Assembly: GCA_031362565.1 (NCBI GenBank) | Contig: JANLSU010000039.1 | Coordinates: 32,001-96,000, forward strand | DNA from: a bacterium | GTDB lineage: Bacteria; Krumholzibacteriota; Krumholzibacteriia; G020349025 | Direction of reading: 5' to 3' | Length of the DNA stretch: 64,000 nt | In this document: piece after piece, positions 26,801 to 34,511 of the stretch | Numbering within the stretch: position 1 is the stretch's first letter | Layout: each line of letters begins with the position of its first letter | The notes under the pieces: model-generated | What the model saw: only the letters and a program-made list of their open reading frames with translations | Databases searched by the model: none | Told to the model about the DNA's origin: nothing | Translations under genes and position numbers: made by a program

Positions 26801-27906
26801 CGATCGAACGGATGCCGGAAATAGGCCAGCGAATCGGCCGTCGCCTCGGAATCGATTTCGTATCCCTCGGGACCAAGCGCATAGAAAACGACCCGGTCAT
26901 TCGGATCATTGGACGTAAAACTACCGTCGCCCTCCCCCGGCACCCAAATCGCCGCCTGGCGCATCTCCGCGCCCGGCTGCCAACTGCCGGCCGAATCGAC
27001 GCCCAAGGCTTGCGGTTTCCACTGGTCGAAATAGATGCGCAGCGTGCGCGGATCGAAGGCCGGCTGATCGACGCCGACGCCGGCGGCCTTGAGTTCGGCA
27101 TAGCTCAGTTCGTAGATGCCACGCTGCGCGATCTTGATGCGCAGGCGCTGGGCGGGCAGAGCCGCGACCTGCGGCGCCCGCGGCGCCGACGCCGCGGCAG
27201 GACTCGCGAGCGCCCAACGCGCGGCGCTCGCGGTGTTGACCAGGGCCGCATGCAGTGGTTCGCGTGTCGTTCCAAGCACGGCCGGCAGAACGCGGACGCG
27301 ATCCGCGAAGGTAATTCGCACCCGCACGAGCGTCACGGCGCTGACGTTGCCATCAGGCTGGATTTGCACCGGATGAAAGGTGAGTGGCAGGACGGCGCGG
27401 CCGCGCAAATCGCCACCGGGCCCCAATTCTACGAATGCGGCGGGCCACGCAGTTGCGAACGCCCGCGCCGGCACGTCGTGCAATTCCGGCACGCTGCGGC
27501 CGGCAGCCTCGGCCGCGAGCCGTTCAGCCCGGCGCGTGACACCCTGCAGGCGCGGCCACTCGAGCCTGCCGAGATCACGCTTCGCCGTCTCCAAGATCTC
27601 GAGGCGCGCGCCGTGCACTCCGGCCACACCGAGCCAGGTGCGACGTTCGAAGAGCACCGGCATGCCAGCCTCGCCCCCCCGGTCGAAGCCCGGCACCGTC
27701 CAGCCCGACGCGTCGTGCACCGGCTCCGGGGCGCGCAACTCGAGGGTCACGCCGGCGTCGCTCTCTTCAAGGACGCGGACCCAATCGTCACCCGGCGCGG
27801 CCGCGATCGCGACGCGCGGCGTGGCAGGCAGCGACAACAGGGCCACGAGGCACACGACGGGCCCGAATGGCATGACAGGCAGGCGCCGAAAAAATCGGCT
27901 CGGCAT
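23836..27906 (-). CDS. porU: T9SS sortase PorU-like C25 peptidase, copy 1
   Basis: IKIAQRGIYEL, IYDNFSGG, YLALFGDA, IGRIPAR, NFQGHG plus ISC catalytic dyad, DENGI, ASDNLGN, CTD FPNPF...ANGTYLYR. Confidence 0.88.
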   Translation of the reverse strand: MPSRFFRRLPVMPFGPVVCLVALLSLPATPRVAIAAAPGDDWVRVLEESDAGVTLELRAPEPVHDASGWTVPGFDRGGEAGMPVLFERRTWLGVAGVHGARLEILETAKRDLGRLEWPRLQGVTRRAERLAAEAAGRSVPELHDVPARAFATAWPAAFVELGPGGDLRGRAVLPLTFHPVQIQPDGNVSAVTLVRVRITFADRVRVLPAVLGTTREPLHAALVNTASAARWALASPAAASAPRAPQVAALPAQRLRIKIAQRGIYELSYAELKAAGVGVDQPAFDPRTLRIYFDQWKPQALGVDSAGSWQPGAEMRQAAIWVPGEGDGSFTSNDPNDRVVFYALGPEGYEIDSEATADSLAYFRHPFDRNQYAWLVWGDGVFGERMSSVVAPSVPGDSVVTTVTNRTHVEQDLDYARIDDLWIWQEIRDTRPLRVQFQLDLGGPASAVGALRLALGFDENGAQQIVDPQLNGVTLPRISFGATGQAHLQTFSGVALQAVNNLDLSIPTGVNAARITDLLEFDVVWARPLAAGAAHVLDWTDRAARDGIAYELTGFGANAPTAFNITDPWSPRVLTGLAPQGTGAATTWQVHGTGAAHVRAHYVAVGDLALGGAIHPAARDLVLRTVVPLRARTTAPDMLIVTHSSLRAAADRLAQYRRGHFPGGGSPDILVADVADIYDNFSGGRVDPMAIRNYAKFLYNLDVTPRLRYLALFGDATHDVRQLRGASALTLVPTVQGGYYGIDRTPWVADYAVDDWLGELGTPPAGPNPYPIPDLAIGRIPARTAADADRIVDKLIAYEAAPFGAWRTRVLLAADDECSPLGGCFEAFHTDNSEDLARMVPANLDVVKFYETEYPRVLGQKPLARAAFIKTWNEGCAVLNFQGHGAPRQLTDEVLFLSTDIPSLVNGSKAPLFLPISCTVSEFDDPERQSMCEDLFADPAGGAIATVGATTPTFVGSNLQFNTALFRELFLDGATGRIPLGTVQQLAKMRTTNGNTESYMLIADPAMTLDFPQNLVRFVAGADSLETGNRTQITGEVVTSQGDVIGGFNGTAEVQVFGTADESGFRVPPPQGPLYIPYDLPGPPLYRGTVPVRNGQLSFQFIVPKSAHAGRKARISAYASSPGRDAKGSQSGVNVAIGSSSDSSTGVPRIALHFPNNRTRVKAGTILTADIHDENGIGIQGTSLPNSILLDFDGRNESLNVTSLFQYAAGSDSAGTLNVPLPSDLEAGAHSVTLIASDNLGNQATATIEFQVVDAEVVRLVNVLAFPNPFRDWTRFFFEITDPAEVELRVFTTSGREIWHHRQRFDAGTQASIRWDGVDLREDTVANGTYLYRLRARPDRAGVAPLETVGKVVIMR

Positions 27907-27983
27907 CGTAACACTCCCCCCTTGGGCAAGGCTCTGGAGTTGGACCGGGCAGCAGAAAGCGAACCGCAAGCGCGGCGACCCAC

Positions 27984-28148
27984 TCAGCAGGGAACCGCCT
28001 CCTCGATCAACATGATCGGGATGTCCTCGCGAATCGGATAGCGGAGCTTGCACCGTTCACAGCGCAGGAATTCGCCGCTCGCCTCCAGGACGACGCGGTC
28101 TTTGCATTTCGGGCAGGCCAGGATTTCGAGCAGTTCGGGCTTGAGCAT
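27984..28148 (-). CDS. Trm112 (UPF0434/YcaR) family protein, copy 1
   Basis: MLKPELLEILACPKCK...LRCERCKLRYPIREDIPIMLIEEA; GGAGG RBS. Confidence 0.9.
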   Translation of the reverse strand: MLKPELLEILACPKCKDRVVLEASGEFLRCERCKLRYPIREDIPIMLIEEAVPC

Positions 28149-28175
28149 CGACGCCTCCGGCGAGTTCGACTCTGG

Positions 28176-28205
28176 AGTATAGGAAGTGCACCCGAGCCCT
28201 GTCAA
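28176..28205 (-). promoter_or_regulatory. Sigma70-type promoter TTGACA-N18-TATACT
   Basis: Near-consensus -35/-10 in the unique spacer, 27 nt upstream of the trm112 copy 1 ATG. Confidence 0.7.
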
Positions 28206-28279
28206 AGCAGGCGATTGGCGCGCTGGGGGCCGCGGCGTCGCGGCTTCGCCCGCCAGGGCCGGCCACGGTATCGCTGCGA

Positions 28280-31200
28280 CTATCGCATGATGACGACTTT
28301 GCCGACGGTTTCGAGGGGCGCCACGCCAGCCCGGTCGGGGCGGGCGCGGAGGCGGTACAGGTACGTCCCGTTCGCCACCGCATCGTGCCGAAGGTCCACC
28401 CCCTCCCATCGAATGGACGCCTGGGTGCCGGCATCGAACCGCTGCCGATGGTGCCAGATCTCCCGTCCCGACGTCGTGAAGACCCGCAGTTCGACCTCCG
28501 CCGGATCGGTGATCTCGAAGAAGAAGCGCGTCCAGTCGCGGAACGGATTTGGGAACGCGAGCACGTTCACGAGCCGCACGACTTCCGCGTCGACGACTTG
28601 AAATTCGATCGTCGCGGTCGCCTGGTTTCCCAAGTTGTCGGAAGCGATCAAGGTCACCGAGTGCGCCCCGGCTTCCAAGTCGCTCGGGAGTGGCACATTC
28701 AAAGTCCCGGCACTATCGCTCCCGGCCGCGTACTGAAACAGCGACGTGACATTGAGAGACTCGTTGCGGCCGTCGAAGTCGAGAAGGATCGAATTGGGCA
28801 GCGATGTCCCTTGGATGCCGATGCCATTCTCATCGTGGATGTCGGCCGTGAGAATCGTGCCGGCCTTGACCCGCGTGCGGTTGTTCGGGAAATGCATCGC
28901 GATCCGCGGCACCCCGGTCGACGAATCGCTGGTGGCGCCAATGGCAACGTTGACGCCCGATTGGGCGCCGGTGGCATCGGCCGCGGGGCTCGACGCATAG
29001 GCGCTGATGTGCGCTTTGCGCCCCGCATGCGCGCTCTTGGGCACGATGAACTGGAACGACAGGCGGCCGTTCTGCACCGGCACCGTGCCGCGATAGAGCG
29101 GCGGACCCGGCAGATCGTAGGGAATGTAGATCTGCACGTGCGGCGGCACCTGCGGCGGCGAGAGGAGAAAGCCGCTTTCGTCCGCGGTGCCGAACACCAG
29201 GACTTCGGCAGTGCCGTCGAAGCCGCTGATGACGTCGCCCTGGCTGGTCACGACTTCGCCGGTGATCTGGGTCCGGTGCCCGGTCTCGAGCGAATCGGCG
29301 CCGGCCACGAACCGCACGAGATTCTGCGGGAAGTCGAGTGTCATCGACGGGTCGCCGATGAGGACGTAGCTCTCGGTGTTGCTGTTCGTGGTGCGCGTCT
29401 TGGCGAGTTGCTGGACCGTGCCCAGCGGGATGCGTCCTGTTGCGCCCTCCAGGAACAACTCGCGAAAGAGCGCCTGATTGAACTGCAAGTTGCTGCCCAC
29501 GAAGGTCAGCGTCGTCGCGCCGACGGTCGCAATCGCCCCGCCGGCGGGATCGGCGAACAAGTCCTCGCACATGCTCTGGCGTTCCGGATCGTCGAACTCG
29601 CTCACCGTACAACTGATGGGCAAGAAGAGCGGCGCCTTCGCACCGTTGACGAGCGACGGAATGTCGGTCGACAAGAAGAGCACTTCATCGGTCAGCTGCC
29701 GCGGCGCGCCATGCCCCTGAAAATTCAACACCGCACAGCCCTCATTCCAGGTCTTAATGAAGGCTGCCCGCGCCAGCGGCTTTTGTCCGAGGATGCTCGG
29801 ATACTCGGTCTCGTAGTACTTGACGACATGGAGATTGGCCGGCACCTGCCGCGCCAGATCCTCGGAGTTGTCGGTATGAAACGTCTCGCCACAGCCGCCG
29901 CGGGGGCTGCATTCATCGTCCGCCGCCAAGAGAACCCGCGTCCGCCAAGCGCCGAGCGGTGCCGCTTCGTAGGCGATGAGCTTGTCGACGATACGATCCG
30001 CGTCGGCCGCCGTACGCGCCGGAATGCGGCCGATGGCGAGATCCGGAATCGGGTAGGGATTCGCTCCCGGGGGGGGTGTGCCCAGTTCCCCGAGCCAATC
30101 GTCAACCGCATAGTCGGCGACCCAGCCGGCGCGGTCGATACCGTAGTACCCGCCTTGCACGGTGGGCACGAGAGTCAGCGCCGACGCACCGCGCAACTGC
30201 CGCACATCATGGGTCGCATCCCCGAACAGGGCGAGATAGCGCAGGCGCGGTGTGACGTCGAGGTTGTAGAGAAACTTGGCGTAGTTGCGAATCGCGATCG
30301 GATCGACGCGGCCGCCAGAGAAGTTGTCGTAGATATCTGCCACATCGGCGACCAGAATGTCGGGTGAACCGCCGCCTGGGAAATGCCCGCGGCGGTACTG
30401 CGCCAAGCGGTCGGCAGCGGCCCGCAGGCTCGAATGGGTGACGATGAGCATGTCGGGCGCCGTGGTGCGAGCGCGGAGCGGCACCACACTGCGAAGCGCG
30501 AGGTCACGCGCCGCCGGATGGATCGCGCCGCCGAGTGCGAGATCGCCCACCGCCACATAGTGCGCCCGCGCGTGTGCCGCACCGGTGCCGTGGACCTGCC
30601 AGGTGGTCGCGGCCCCGGTGCCCTGCGGCGCGAGACCGCTCAAGACCCGCGGCGACCAGGGGTCGGTGACATCGAAAGCCGTCGGCGCGTTGGCCCCGAA
30701 GCCCGTCAGTTCATATGCCACTCCGTCGCGTGGCGCGCGGTTCGTCCAGTCCAACACATGCGCCGCGCTGGCTGCGAGCGGCCTTGCCCACACGACATCG
30801 AATTCGAGCAAGTCGGTGATCCGTGCCGCGTTGACGCCGGTGGGAATCGACAAGTCCAGGTTGTTGACCGCCTGCAACGCGACGCCGCTGAAGGTCTGCA
30901 AATGCGCCTGCTCCGTTGCGCCAAAGCTGATACGCGGCAGCGTCACACCGTTCAACTGCGGATCGACAATTTGTTGGACACCGACCTCGTCGAATCCAAG
31001 TGCGAGCCGTAGCGCGCCGACAGCCGACGCCTGGCCTCCAAGGTCGAGTTGAAACTGTACCCGCAGCGGGCGCGTGTCGCGAATCTCTTGCCAAATCCAC
31101 AAATCATCGATGCGGGCGAAATCGAGGTCCTGCTCGACATGTGTCCGGTTCGTCACCGTCGTCACGACCGAATCACCAGGCACGGACGGCGTCACAACGC

Positions 31201-32368
31201 TGCTCATGCGCGCGCCGAACACCCCGTCGCCCCACACCAGCCACGCATATTGGTTGCGATCGAACGGATGCCGGAAGTAAGCCAGCGAATCGACCGTCGC
31301 CTCGGAATCGATTTCGTAGCCTTCCGGGCCGAGCGCATAGAAGACGACGCGGTCATTCGGATCATTGGATGTAAAACTACCGTCGCCCTCCCCCGGCACC
31401 CAGATCGCCGCTTGGCGCATCGCCGCGCTTGGCTGCCAACTGCCCGTCGAATCGGCCACCAGGGCTTGCGGCTTCCAACGGTCGAAATAGATCCGCAGCG
31501 TCCGCGGATCGAACGCCGGCTGATCGACGCCGACACCGGCGGCTTTGAGTTCCGCGTAGCTCAGTTCGTAGATGCCACGCGCGGCGATCTTGATGCGCAA
31601 ACGCTGCGCCGGCAGCGCGGCGACGCGCGGCGCGCGCGCCGCCGATGCCACGGTGGGAGCCGCGAGCGCCCAATGCGCAGCACTCGCCGCGTTGATGAGC
31701 GCTGTATGCAATGGTTCGGGTGTCGCACCAAGCGCCGCCGGCGCGACGCGGACGCGATCCGCGAAGGTGATGCGCACCCGCACGAGCGTCACCGCGCTGA
31801 CGTTGCCATCGGGCTGGATTTGCACCGGGTGAAAGGTGAGCGGCACCACGGCGCGGCCTCGCAAGTCGCCACCGGGCCCCAATTCTACGAATGCGGCCGG
31901 CCACGCCGAAGCAAACGCCCGCGCGGGCACGTCGTGCAACTCCGGCACACTGCGGCCCGCAGCCTCCGCTGCCAGCCGGTCGGCACGGCGCGCCACACCC
32001 TGCAGGCGCGGCCACTCGAGCTTGCCGAGATCACGCTTCGCCGTCTCCAAGATCTCGAGGCGCGCCCCGTGCACTCCCGGCACCCCGAGCCAGGCGCCAC
32101 GTTCGAAGCGCACCGGCATGCCCGGCTCCCCGCCCCGGTCGAAGCCCGGCACCGTCCAACCCGACGCCTCGCGCACCGGCTCCGCGGCGCGCAATTCGAG
32201 CGTCACACCGGCGTCGCTCTCTTCGAGGACGCGCAGCCAATCGTCACCCGGCGGGGCCGCGGCGGCGGGCGCGGTGAACGGCGCGGTGAGCAATAACAAT
32301 AACCCCACGCACCGTTCGACAGTCCCAAATGACCTGACATCCAGGCGCCGAAAGAATCGGCTCGGCAT
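28280..32368 (-). CDS. porU: T9SS sortase PorU-like C25 peptidase, copy 2
   Basis: Same motifs as copy 1, with the catalytic His/Cys intact. Confidence 0.88.
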   Translation of the reverse strand: MPSRFFRRLDVRSFGTVERCVGLLLLLTAPFTAPAAAAPPGDDWLRVLEESDAGVTLELRAAEPVREASGWTVPGFDRGGEPGMPVRFERGAWLGVPGVHGARLEILETAKRDLGKLEWPRLQGVARRADRLAAEAAGRSVPELHDVPARAFASAWPAAFVELGPGGDLRGRAVVPLTFHPVQIQPDGNVSAVTLVRVRITFADRVRVAPAALGATPEPLHTALINAASAAHWALAAPTVASAARAPRVAALPAQRLRIKIAARGIYELSYAELKAAGVGVDQPAFDPRTLRIYFDRWKPQALVADSTGSWQPSAAMRQAAIWVPGEGDGSFTSNDPNDRVVFYALGPEGYEIDSEATVDSLAYFRHPFDRNQYAWLVWGDGVFGARMSSVVTPSVPGDSVVTTVTNRTHVEQDLDFARIDDLWIWQEIRDTRPLRVQFQLDLGGQASAVGALRLALGFDEVGVQQIVDPQLNGVTLPRISFGATEQAHLQTFSGVALQAVNNLDLSIPTGVNAARITDLLEFDVVWARPLAASAAHVLDWTNRAPRDGVAYELTGFGANAPTAFDVTDPWSPRVLSGLAPQGTGAATTWQVHGTGAAHARAHYVAVGDLALGGAIHPAARDLALRSVVPLRARTTAPDMLIVTHSSLRAAADRLAQYRRGHFPGGGSPDILVADVADIYDNFSGGRVDPIAIRNYAKFLYNLDVTPRLRYLALFGDATHDVRQLRGASALTLVPTVQGGYYGIDRAGWVADYAVDDWLGELGTPPPGANPYPIPDLAIGRIPARTAADADRIVDKLIAYEAAPLGAWRTRVLLAADDECSPRGGCGETFHTDNSEDLARQVPANLHVVKYYETEYPSILGQKPLARAAFIKTWNEGCAVLNFQGHGAPRQLTDEVLFLSTDIPSLVNGAKAPLFLPISCTVSEFDDPERQSMCEDLFADPAGGAIATVGATTLTFVGSNLQFNQALFRELFLEGATGRIPLGTVQQLAKTRTTNSNTESYVLIGDPSMTLDFPQNLVRFVAGADSLETGHRTQITGEVVTSQGDVISGFDGTAEVLVFGTADESGFLLSPPQVPPHVQIYIPYDLPGPPLYRGTVPVQNGRLSFQFIVPKSAHAGRKAHISAYASSPAADATGAQSGVNVAIGATSDSSTGVPRIAMHFPNNRTRVKAGTILTADIHDENGIGIQGTSLPNSILLDFDGRNESLNVTSLFQYAAGSDSAGTLNVPLPSDLEAGAHSVTLIASDNLGNQATATIEFQVVDAEVVRLVNVLAFPNPFRDWTRFFFEITDPAEVELRVFTTSGREIWHHRQRFDAGTQASIRWEGVDLRHDAVANGTYLYRLRARPDRAGVAPLETVGKVVIMR

Positions 32369-32443
32369 CGCAACACTCCCCCTGGGCAGGCTCTGGAGTT
32401 GGACCGGGCAGCAGAAAGCGAACCGCAAGCGCGGGCAACCCAC

Positions 32444-32608
32444 TCAGCAGGGAACTGCTTCCTCGATCAGCATGATCGGGATGTCCTCGCGAATCGGGTA
32501 GCGGAGCTTGCACCGTTCACAGCGCAGGAATTCGCCGCTCGCCTCCAGGACGACGCGGTCTTTGCATTTCGGGCAGGCCAGGATTTCGAGCAGTTCGGGC
32601 TTGAGCAT
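32444..32608 (-). CDS. Trm112 family protein, copy 2 (missing from ORF track)
   Basis: Identical 54-aa protein to copy 1; I counted 4 nucleotide differences, all synonymous. Confidence 0.9.
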   Translation of the reverse strand: MLKPELLEILACPKCKDRVVLEASGEFLRCERCKLRYPIREDIPIMLIEEAVPC

Positions 32609-32629
32609 CGACGCCTCCGGCGGGTTGGC

Positions 32630-33610
32630 CTAGCCCGCCAGGCCGGCCTGGGCGTCCGCGAAGACCCCCATGTGCATGAACTTCTGAAAGCGATTTTCGA
32701 GCAACTCGGGTACCGGCAGTCGCGCCAAGTGCTCGAGTTCTTCCGCGAGTGCGGCGCGCAGCGTCTCAGCCATCGCCGCGGCATCACGGTGCGCCCCACC
32801 TTTCGGTTCTTCCAGGACGCGATCCACGACACCCAGCGCCGCCAGATCGCGCGCCGTGAGACGCAAAGCCTCGGCAGCACGCGGCGCTTGTGACCGGTCG
32901 CCCCACAGGATCGCCGCGCAACCTTCGGGCGAAATGACCGAGTACACCGAGTTCTCGAGCATGAGAATGCGGTCGCCGCAGGCCATCGCCAAGGCGCCGC
33001 CGCTGCCACCCTCGCCAATGATTACGACGACGATCGGCACCGGGATCCGCACCATCTCGCGCAGATTCCGCGCGATGGCTTCGCTTTGACCGCGTTTCTC
33101 CGCATCGACGCCCGGGAACGCCCCGGGTGTGTCGACCAAGGTGACGATTGGCCGCCCGAACTTCCCCGCCATTTGCATCAGGCGGAGCGCCTTGCGATAG
33201 CCTTCCGGGTGCGGCATGCCGAAGTTGCGTGCCAGGTTCTCTTTCACATCACGGCCCTTTTGGTGGCCGAGCACCAGCACCTGGCGGCCCGCCAAGATCG
33301 CCATGCCGCCGACAATGGCGCGGTCATCGCCGAACTGGCGGTCGCCGTGCAGTTCCGTGAACTCGTCGCACAACAAACCGACGTAATCGAGTGTGAACGG
33401 GCGTTTGGGATGGCGCGCCAACTGGACGCGCTGCCACGCAGTGAGGTTCGAGTACACCTCTTCGCGCAATTGCTCGGCTTGGCGCTCGAGCGATTCGATC
33501 TCACGCCCGGCGTCCATGCCCTTGGATGTCGCGAGTTCTTTCAGTTCGCGAATCTTGCCTTCGAGTTCCAAGATGGGGCGCTCGAATTCGAGCCAGCCGC
33601 CGCTCGCCAT
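32630..33610 (-). CDS. accA: Acetyl-CoA carboxylase carboxyltransferase alpha
   Basis: LEFERPI, WQRVQLARHPKRP, ELHGDR, FGMPHPEGYRKALR, GEGGSGGALA, YSVISPEGCA. Confidence 0.97.
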   Translation of the reverse strand: MASGGWLEFERPILELEGKIRELKELATSKGMDAGREIESLERQAEQLREEVYSNLTAWQRVQLARHPKRPFTLDYVGLLCDEFTELHGDRQFGDDRAIVGGMAILAGRQVLVLGHQKGRDVKENLARNFGMPHPEGYRKALRLMQMAGKFGRPIVTLVDTPGAFPGVDAEKRGQSEAIARNLREMVRIPVPIVVVIIGEGGSGGALAMACGDRILMLENSVYSVISPEGCAAILWGDRSQAPRAAEALRLTARDLAALGVVDRVLEEPKGGAHRDAAAMAETLRAALAEELEHLARLPVPELLENRFQKFMHMGVFADAQAGLAG

Positions 33611-33730
33611 GAACCCTCCCCGCCCGCATCACCGGGCACAGCCACCAAGTCTACTCCTCACCGGGCCGCCGGCGACAGGTCGTCGTCCGGAGCGCCCGTG
33701 CCGCGCCGCGGGTTCCACCGGCAGTCCGCC

Positions 33731-34465
33731 TCATAGATGCAGCAGATAGAAGAAGTTCAGCTCCCGGGCCACCTTGCCGCGCGATTCGTAGTTGCCCAGC
33801 AAGTCGCGCAACAGGAAGCGCAGATGATTGCCGGAGCCAAACCGCCACTGGAACCCCAGGTCCAGGTAACCGCGATTGCCGTCGCTCGCCTTCCGGTCGT
33901 CGAGATTGAAGTCGTAGTCGAGGAGCACCGCGAGGCCCCGGCCGAACGTTTGCGACGCACCCGCGAACATGTCCATCGCCTGCTGGTTGGGCTCGAGCGA
34001 ATAATTGACGCCGCCCGAAATCGAGGTCAGCAGATCATAGGACGTCACGAGCAGATTCTGCGTCGCGACGACGTAGAATCCCGGCGACTTGCGTTCATAG
34101 CGGTTTAGATCCGCGAGCCACAACCCGTGGCCCTGAGAGTCGTAGCCGATGCCGATCGCCGGCAATTGCGGCTCGTCCAAGATCAAGGCGTGAAATTGAA
34201 TCCCGGGGCGAGGATTGGCGACGACGCTGCCGCGGCCCAAGACTTCGGCCATCCCGTAGGACATGCCGATCGACATGCGCTCGAACAACCCGACATTGGC
34301 GCCGGTCAACACCGAGCCGTCGGGTCCCGCTCCGATCTCGAGCCGCACTTCCCCGTGCGCCGGCACGAGCGCCGTATGACAATCGATGATTCGCGTGTCG
34401 GCGTCCGCCCGGCCGCACACCATGCCGAGCGCGACCAGCACGCCCAGTCTCTTCCGTCCGCCCAT
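33731..34465 (-). CDS. Exported hypothetical beta-barrel (YjbH-like)
   Basis: Signal peptide, IDCHTALV, GIGYDSQG, alternating beta strands. Confidence 0.55.
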   Translation of the reverse strand: MGGRKRLGVLVALGMVCGRADADTRIIDCHTALVPAHGEVRLEIGAGPDGSVLTGANVGLFERMSIGMSYGMAEVLGRGSVVANPRPGIQFHALILDEPQLPAIGIGYDSQGHGLWLADLNRYERKSPGFYVVATQNLLVTSYDLLTSISGGVNYSLEPNQQAMDMFAGASQTFGRGLAVLLDYDFNLDDRKASDGNRGYLDLGFQWRFGSGNHLRFLLRDLLGNYESRGKVARELNFFYLLHL

Positions 34466-34511
34466 CCCAGCCTCCCTTGCGACCGCCGCAAGGGGCGCCG
34501 CGCGAGCAGCG

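Larger units (their letters stand above)
23836..32622 (-). repeat. Diverged tandem duplication of trm112-porU (units ~23836-28162 and ~28280-32622; period ~4.45 kb)
   Basis: Near-identical DNA and protein along both units, with scattered substitutions and indels and a unique spacer at ~28163-28279. Confidence 0.95.

Noticed and set aside
23836..32622. Mobile element or integrase as the cause of the duplication
   Set aside because: No transposase, integrase, terminal inverted repeats or target duplication seen.
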